Source of the DNA: Candidatus Nanosynbacter lyticus
GTDB lineage: Bacteria > Patescibacteriota > Saccharimonadia > Saccharimonadales > Saccharimonadaceae
Reading direction: 5' to 3'
Length of the DNA: 32,000 nucleotides
Assembly (NCBI RefSeq): GCF_000803625.1
Contig: NZ_CP007496.1
Span: forward strand, 330,001-362,000
A program made the position numbers and the translations under genes. Position 1 is the stretch's first letter. Each line of letters starts with the position of its first letter. Positions 26,668-32,000 of this stretch are shown here, in pieces. The notes below the pieces were generated by a model, which made no database searches, was not told the origin of the DNA, and worked only from the letters and a program-made list of their open reading frames with translations.

Positions 26668-26987
26668 TATTTAATCTCCTTATTTTTTGCTTGGCGAGCG
26701 ACGCGAGTTTTGCCGCCGTCAGCATTCTTTACTAAACCAACCCGGCTGGTTTTGCCTGACTTTTCGTCGACAACCAGCGCGACTTTACTGATGTCCATCG
26801 GTACGTGGATATCTTTCTTGCCGCCTTTTGGATTGTACTGGCTTGGCTTGACGTGGCGGTGTCCGACGCCAACACCTTCGACCAAAACAGTTTGATCTTT
26901 GGTGTTAACCTTCAGGACTTTACCAGTCGTACCCTTGTTTTTACCAGCGATGATTTTTACTGTGTCATCTTTGTGAATACGAGCCAT
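26667..26987 (-). CDS. rplX: 50S ribosomal protein L24
   Basis: [50 protein letters not shown]. Confidence 0.96.
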   Translation of the reverse strand: MARIHKDDTVKIIAGKNKGTTGKVLKVNTKDQTVLVEGVGVGHRHVKPSQYNPKGGKKDIHVPMDISKVALVVDEKSGKTSRVGLVKNADGGKTRVARQAKNKEIK

Positions 26988-27355
26988 TAGAGTACCTCCG
27001 GAGCCAAGCTTACGATCTTCATGTAGCCCATGTCGCGAAGCTCGCGTGGTACTGGGCCGAAGACGCGGGTAGCCTTTGGCTGCTTGTCATCGTTGATAAT
27101 CACCACGGCGTTGTCATCAAAGCAGATGGTTGAGCCGTCTTTGCGGTGGATTTGGTCGCGGGTGCGAACCACTACGGCCTTGACGACAGATTTCTTTTTG
27201 ACGTTGCCGGTTGGGCTGGCGTCTTTGACTGAACAGACGATCACGTCACCAACGCGAGCGTAGCGGCGACGGGTACCGCCGAGAACACGGATGCACAACA
27301 CTTCTTTGGCACCCGAGTTGTCAGCTACCTTGAGGCGAGATTCTTGTTGGATCAT
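26987..27355 (-). CDS. rplN: 50S ribosomal protein L14
   Basis: [46 protein letters not shown]. Confidence 0.97.
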   Translation of the reverse strand: MIQQESRLKVADNSGAKEVLCIRVLGGTRRRYARVGDVIVCSVKDASPTGNVKKKSVVKAVVVRTRDQIHRKDGSTICFDDNAVVIINDDKQPKATRVFGPVPRELRDMGYMKIVSLAPEVL

Positions 27356-27663
27356 TTGTCATCCTCCTTGGTCTCTTCCTCAGCTTCACCAGAAACTTCA
27401 GCCTTTAGTTTGATAGAACCGCGAGACTTTTCAATCACCTTGACCAGCGTAAAGCTCTTGGTTTTGGAAATTGGGCGAGTCTCTTCGATTTGCACCTTGT
27501 CGCCTTCGCCTGCTTGATTGGTCTCATCATGAGCAGTGTACTTGCGAGTCACGGTGTACTGTTTGCCGTAGAGCGGATGCGTTTCGCGGCTGGTGACCGT
27601 CACAGTGATGGTCTTGTCGCGCTTGGCACTCGTTACGACGCCAATCAGTGTTCGTCGGGCCAT
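27352..27663 (-). CDS. rpsQ: 30S ribosomal protein S17
   Basis: [72 protein letters not shown]. Confidence 0.95.
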   Translation of the reverse strand: MARRTLIGVVTSAKRDKTITVTVTSRETHPLYGKQYTVTRKYTAHDETNQAGEGDKVQIEETRPISKTKSFTLVKVIEKSRGSIKLKAEVSGEAEEETKEDDK

Positions 27664-27869
27664 TACTTGCTCTCCTTTTCGTTAATTTGTGTCAGCAGGC
27701 GTGCGATGTCCTTGCGGAGTGAACGCAACGCTTTTGGATTAACTAATTCGCCAGCAGCGCGAGAACGTTTTGCCTGAAGCAGGTCATTTCGCTTTTCGGC
27801 GAGCTCCTTCTTCAAATCGTCAACCGTCTTTACAACTGCTGCTTTTGCGGTTTTCTTTGTCTCAGCCAT
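27663..27869 (-). CDS. rpmC: 50S ribosomal protein L29
   Basis: LKKELAEKRNDLLQAKRSRAAGELVNPKALRSLRKDIARLLTQINEKE. Confidence 0.93.
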   Translation of the reverse strand: MAETKKTAKAAVVKTVDDLKKELAEKRNDLLQAKRSRAAGELVNPKALRSLRKDIARLLTQINEKESK

Positions 27870-28282
27870 TATGCGTCCTCCCGCTTGATGAACTTACATT
27901 TGACTGGTAGTTTGTGGCTCGCCAGGCGCATTGCCTCGCGAGCGACTTCCTCTGAAACGCCCTGCATTTCAAACAGCACCGTGCCAGCCTTCACCTTGGC
28001 AACAAAGAACTCTGGATTACCCTTGCCCTGGCCCATCTTCAAACCAAGTGGCTTGCGAGTAACTGGGGTGTGTGGAAAAATCCGGATCCAAATCTTACCA
28101 CCACGCTTGATGTAGCGGGTCATCGCCTGACGGGCTGACTCGATTTGGCGGGAGTTGATGCGCTCGTTTGATTGTGATTGCAGTGCAAAGTCGCCGAACG
28201 CGATGTAATTACCACGGGTTGCTCGACCACGGTTTTTACCGATACGCACTTTGCGATATTTAGTCTTTTTCGGTAACAGCAT
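27869..28282 (-). CDS. rplP: 50S ribosomal protein L16
   Basis: [62 protein letters not shown]. Confidence 0.97.
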   Translation of the reverse strand: MLLPKKTKYRKVRIGKNRGRATRGNYIAFGDFALQSQSNERINSRQIESARQAMTRYIKRGGKIWIRIFPHTPVTRKPLGLKMGQGKGNPEFFVAKVKAGTVLFEMQGVSEEVAREAMRLASHKLPVKCKFIKREDA

Positions 28283-28918
28283 TTAGCGACTCCTTTCTCC
28301 CTTATAAATCCACACTTTCACGCCGATGATACCAGCTGGTGTCTGGGCGCGAGCACAGTGGAAGTCAATATCAGCACGAAGAGTGTGCAGCGGCACTGAG
28401 CCTTCAATCACCTTTTCGCGGCGTGCCATTTCAGCACCGTTCAAACGACCAGCCACCTCGATGCGGATACCTTTGGCGCCAGCGCTCATGGTGTTTTGTG
28501 CGGTCATTTTGGTTGCACGGCGGAAGTTGATGCGGCGTTCCAACTGGCGGGCGATGTTTTCTGCCACCAATTTAGCTGCCAATTCCGGTCGGCGGACTTC
28601 TTCGATGTTGATGCGAACTGCCTGACCGACGATTTTCTCAACTTGTTTTTTCAATTCATTCACGCCAGCACCGCCACGGCCGATCACCACACCAGCTTTC
28701 GCCGTGTGAATGGTTACCGTGATCAAGTTGGCACTCCGCTCAATCTCAATACGATTGATGGTTGGGCGTGAGGCAAATTTCTTCTCAATCAATTCGCGGA
28801 TTTCGTGATCCTGGCGAATTGCCTCCGCAAACTCTTTCTTATTGGCCGTAAACCAACGAGAGCTCCAGTTCTTGTGAACTTGTAGGCGGAAGTTGATTGG
28901 ATTCACTTTTTGACCCAT
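28283..28918 (-). CDS. rpsC: 30S ribosomal protein S3
   Basis: MGQKVNPINFRLQVHKNWSSRWFTANKKEF; VVIGRGGAGVNELKKQVE. Confidence 0.97.
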   Translation of the reverse strand: MGQKVNPINFRLQVHKNWSSRWFTANKKEFAEAIRQDHEIRELIEKKFASRPTINRIEIERSANLITVTIHTAKAGVVIGRGGAGVNELKKQVEKIVGQAVRINIEEVRRPELAAKLVAENIARQLERRINFRRATKMTAQNTMSAGAKGIRIEVAGRLNGAEMARREKVIEGSVPLHTLRADIDFHCARAQTPAGIIGVKVWIYKGERSR

Positions 28919-29383
28919 TTACTTCTCCTCCTTTTTTGCCGTGGTTTCGGCGGCTTTTTTCGCTGCAGGCTTGGCAGGTTTGGTCTCTGCTTTGGCCTTG
29001 GTCTCTGGTTTCTTCGCAGGCGCTTTCTTTGGTTTCTCAGTACCAGTTACTTCAACCAAGATGTTTGACGTCTTTTTCTGGAATGGCAAAGCACGACCCT
29101 TTGACGCTGGCTTAAAGCGTCGTAGACGCGTACCAGTGGTAACGCTCAACGTGGTAATCACCAAGCTTTTAGCGTCCAAACCGTGGTTGTTGATGGCGTT
29201 TGCCTTGGCACTGTCAATTGCCTTTTTGACTGGCAGGGCAGCGCGTTTTGGCACGTGTTCCAAGATAACCAATGCGTCAGCGACGGTGCGGCCACGTACT
29301 AGTGCAGCCACCAAGCTAACCTTGCGTGGTGTTTGGTCAACACCTTTGGCGTAAGCGCGAACAGTATAAGTTGTATCAGCCAT
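28919..29383 (-). CDS. rplV: 50S ribosomal protein L22 with Lys/Ala/Pro-rich C-terminal tail
   Basis: KGVDQTPRKVSLVAALVRGRTVADALVILEHVPKRAALPVKKAIDSAKANA; tail EKPKKAPAKKPETKAKAETKPAKPAAKKAAETTAKKEEK. Confidence 0.95.
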   Translation of the reverse strand: MADTTYTVRAYAKGVDQTPRKVSLVAALVRGRTVADALVILEHVPKRAALPVKKAIDSAKANAINNHGLDAKSLVITTLSVTTGTRLRRFKPASKGRALPFQKKTSNILVEVTGTEKPKKAPAKKPETKAKAETKPAKPAAKKAAETTAKKEEK

Positions 29384-29385
29384 GA

Positions 29386-29652
29386 TTACTTCTTATCCTT
29401 TCCGCCGTGCTTACGGAACTTACGAGTTGGACTAAACTCACCGAGTTTGTGGCCAACCATGTTTTCGGTAATCAGCACAGGCACGTGCATCCGACCGTTG
29501 TAGACAGCAATCGTTCGACCGACCATTTCTGGGGTGATGGTCGAAGCGCGCGCCCACGTTTTGATAACGGTTCGATCGTCAAGGCTGAGAGCAGCGACTT
29601 TTTTCGCAAGCTTCACATCGACGAATGGACCTTTCTTTAATGAACGACTCAT
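29386..29652 (-). CDS. rpsS: 30S ribosomal protein S19
   Basis: [22 protein letters not shown]...[46 protein letters not shown]. Confidence 0.97.
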   Translation of the reverse strand: MSRSLKKGPFVDVKLAKKVAALSLDDRTVIKTWARASTITPEMVGRTIAVYNGRMHVPVLITENMVGHKLGEFSPTRKFRKHGGKDKK

Positions 29653-29658
29653 CGTGAT

Positions 29659-30498
29659 TTACCTCTTCCTCTTCGCGTCGTGACGCGTGCGTACGATTAA
29701 TTTATTCGAGCCTTTACGGCGACGAGTTCGATAACCTAATGTCAATTGACCCCAAGGAGTACGTGGTGCTTTACCAGTACCGTGGCGACCACCGTCACCA
29801 CCACCATGTGGGTGGTCTGCGGCGTTCATAACGACACCACGAACGGTTGGGCGAATACCCTTGCGACGTTTGCGACCAGCTGAACCGATCTTAACATTCT
29901 GGTGCTGGACGTTACCGACTACACCGATAGCAGCGGTAGCTTCCAAGCGAACTTTGCGAACTTCGCCAGATGGCAATTTGATAGTTGCATAGTTGCCTTC
30001 TTTCGCCATCAACTGAGCCTTAGCACCGGCAGCGCGTACCATTTGTGCACCCTTACCAGCGGTCAACTCAATAGCGTAAATCATCGTACCAACAGGGATA
30101 GCAGACAGCGGCAGGCGGTTTGATGCCTCGATTGGCGCTTCCTCGCCAGTCTGAATAGTCTTGCCTTTGACCATCGAGGTGTCGGCCAATACGTAGTGGT
30201 ACAAATTGTACTGATCTTTCACTCGAGCGATACGGGCTGAGCGGTTTGGATCGTACTCAATTTCTTCAATCGTCAGCGTCAGACCAGCCGGCAAATTGTG
30301 GTTCACCAAACGGTAGTGACGACGAACGCCACCGCCGCGATGACGCACGGTGATACGGCCCTGGTTATTGCGGCCAGCATTTTGCTTTTTGGCTTTGATC
30401 AGACTTTTGAGCGGTTTTCTTGTCGTGATATCCGACAAGTCCTGACTCGTCATGCCGCGACGAGCAGGAGTGGTTGGATTGTAAGCTTTCACTGGCAT
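29659..30498 (-). CDS. rplB: 50S ribosomal protein L2
   Basis: MPVKAYNPTTPARRGMTSQD; GVVMNAADHPHGGGDGG. Confidence 0.98.
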   Translation of the reverse strand: MPVKAYNPTTPARRGMTSQDLSDITTRKPLKSLIKAKKQNAGRNNQGRITVRHRGGGVRRHYRLVNHNLPAGLTLTIEEIEYDPNRSARIARVKDQYNLYHYVLADTSMVKGKTIQTGEEAPIEASNRLPLSAIPVGTMIYAIELTAGKGAQMVRAAGAKAQLMAKEGNYATIKLPSGEVRKVRLEATAAIGVVGNVQHQNVKIGSAGRKRRKGIRPTVRGVVMNAADHPHGGGDGGRHGTGKAPRTPWGQLTLGYRTRRRKGSNKLIVRTRHDAKRKR

Positions 30499-30818
30499 TA
30501 CTTGGTCTCCTCCATCTGCTGCTCTACTGCGTCAAACACATCGAGCTTATCGCCTTCTTTCAGCGTCACGTAAGCCTTCTTCCAATCCTTGCGCGTTGTT
30601 GTGCCAGGATAACGATTCTTGCCTCGTGAGAAACGCACAGCTTTGCCGTCTTGCACCAAGGTTTTCACCTTTAGGACGGTAACGTCAAATTGCGCTTCAA
30701 CTGCTGCTTTGATCTCGTTTTTATTAAGGTTGAGCGGAACGCGGAACACGTACACGCCATTGGCGCTCTGTGCATATGCTTTCTCGCTAATGCGTGGGAT
30801 AATTGTCATCTGTTTCAT
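30498..30818 (-). CDS. rplW: 50S ribosomal protein L23
   Basis: TIIPRISEKAYAQSANGVYVFRVPLNLNKNEIKAAVEAQFDVTVLKVKTLVQDGKAVRFSRGKNRYPGTTTRKDWKKAYVTL. Confidence 0.94.
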   Translation of the reverse strand: MKQMTIIPRISEKAYAQSANGVYVFRVPLNLNKNEIKAAVEAQFDVTVLKVKTLVQDGKAVRFSRGKNRYPGTTTRKDWKKAYVTLKEGDKLDVFDAVEQQMEETK

Positions 30819-30819
30819 A

Positions 30820-31419
30820 TTACGCTTCCTCCTTACCCAGCCATTCAGTGATTACTGGCAGAGCTTTCGGGGTCATGACAATAGTATCCGCATTCAGAAT
30901 GTGGTAGACGCTGAGGTAGCTCGCGCGAATCACCAATACGTTCTGAATGTTGTTTGTGGCACGCATCAATTCTGGCGTCTTTTCGTCGACGACGATCAGC
31001 ACGCGGCGCTCAAACTTGTTGTCAGCCAAGAAGGTTGCGACCTCTTTAGTCTTGCCAGTCGTCTTGATATCTTTGACGACGATCTTCTTCGCTTCATTGG
31101 CTACCGTCAAGGCTTGGCGAATTGCCACTTTCTTGGCGGTTTTAGACAATTTTTTAGTGTAGTTTTCGTTACCGCGTGGGCCAAATACTACACCACCGCC
31201 GCGCCAGATTGGGTTACGGCTTGAGCCAAAACGTGCTCGACCAGTTCCCTTTTGCTTCCATGGTTTTTTACCACCACCGGAAACTTCACCACGCTGCTTG
31301 GTGGTTGCACTTGCCAAACGAGCGTTGGCCAGGTAGCTGTCATATGCCAATTTCAACAGTTCGTGGTTTGGCACTTCAACAGCAAAAATGTCTTTAGGAA
31401 GTTTGGTTGATTCAGCCAT
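30820..31419 (-). CDS. rplD: 50S ribosomal protein L4
   Basis: QRGEVSGGGKKPWKQKGTGRARFGSSRNPIWRGGGVVFGP. Confidence 0.97.
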   Translation of the reverse strand: MAESTKLPKDIFAVEVPNHELLKLAYDSYLANARLASATTKQRGEVSGGGKKPWKQKGTGRARFGSSRNPIWRGGGVVFGPRGNENYTKKLSKTAKKVAIRQALTVANEAKKIVVKDIKTTGKTKEVATFLADNKFERRVLIVVDEKTPELMRATNNIQNVLVIRASYLSVYHILNADTIVMTPKALPVITEWLGKEEA

Positions 31420-31991
31420 TACTTGTTACCTCCTAAAATGATCAGCCCTTTTCGCGGCCCAGGTACAGCGCCCTTTACCCCGATCAGATTGGTCTCTGGA
31501 TCAACATATGCCACTTCCAGGTTCTTGACGGTAACGCGCTCGTGGCCCATGTGGCCAGCCATCGTCTTACCCTTGAACACTTTTTGTGGATACATCGAGC
31601 CAATTGAACCTGGCTTACGAGTATTACCTTTACCACCGTGCGTCTTGCGGTGACGCTTAAAGTTGTGGCGTTTAATGGTTCCAGCGAAACCTTTACCTTT
31701 GCTGGTTCCGGTCGCATCGACAGAATCGCCGACTTCGAACGCGGAAACGTTGATTTCATCGCCAACTTTGAGACCTTCAGGGATCTCGTCGACGCGGAAT
31801 TCCCGAATGTGCTTCGGGGTCACTTGGGCTGGCTTGACGTGTCCAGCCACGGCCTTGCTCAGGTTCTTACCCTCTCCATAAGCGACCTGTACCGCATTGT
31901 AACCGTCGGTTTCGACAGTCTTCACCTGAGTCACGGTGACAGGGCCGGCTTGGATCAGCGTCACCGGAATGGCTTTGCCGTCTTCAGCCAA
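31419..31991 (-). CDS. rplC: 50S ribosomal protein L3 (start lies at or beyond the right edge)
   Basis: VTQVKTVETDGYNAVQVAYG; GFAGTIKRHNFKRHRKTHGGKGNTRKPGSIG; GHMGHERVTVKNLEV. Confidence 0.95.
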   Translation of the reverse strand: MAEDGKAIPVTLIQAGPVTVTQVKTVETDGYNAVQVAYGEGKNLSKAVAGHVKPAQVTPKHIREFRVDEIPEGLKVGDEINVSAFEVGDSVDATGTSKGKGFAGTIKRHNFKRHRKTHGGKGNTRKPGSIGSMYPQKVFKGKTMAGHMGHERVTVKNLEVAYVDPETNLIGVKGAVPGPRKGLIILGGNK

Positions 31992-32000
31992 GAGCTGGGT

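Noticed and set aside
1-32000. CRISPR array, retron or diversity-generating retroelement
   Set aside because: No spaced short-repeat array, no reverse transcriptase-like protein and no paired template/variable repeats seen on either strand.

Overview
This window is a Saccharibacteria (TM7/CPR)-like chromosomal segment; the lineage is inferred from gene content and protein style, not from a database search. Nearly everything is on the minus strand. It carries an S10/spc/alpha ribosomal-protein superoperon (rplC to rplQ, then rplM-rpsI), trpS, an RluD-like pseudouridine synthase, a DNA pol III delta'-like gene, a TPR protein and three tRNAs (Thr-GGT, Tyr-GTA, Thr-TGT). Accessory DNA: (1) An AT-rich two-gene operon at 21765-25044 encodes an AAA+ ATPase and an intact subtilisin-like (S8) protease. 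This is the architecture of the IetAS toxin-antitoxin/anti-phage system. It sits between rpsH and rplF and splits a NUDIX hydrolase gene at its Nudix box: the N-terminal half is at 25157-25276 and the C-terminal half at 21239-21536. A third small ORF, which needs a -1 slip on an A-run, follows the protease, and the operon promoter carries a direct repeat around its -35. (2) A CopY-type repressor plus CopA-like P-type ATPase cassette is bracketed by a perfect 25-bp direct repeat. (3) CYTH + HAM1/ITPase + NUDIX genes occur as a triad twice, and the NUDIX member is broken both times. (4) A type I restriction-modification hsdS runs off the left edge and is preceded by only a 55-aa tail of hsdM. 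The track omits hsdS, the hsdM tail, rpmJ, the NUDIX N-terminal half and the frameshifted ORF; I translated these by hand.
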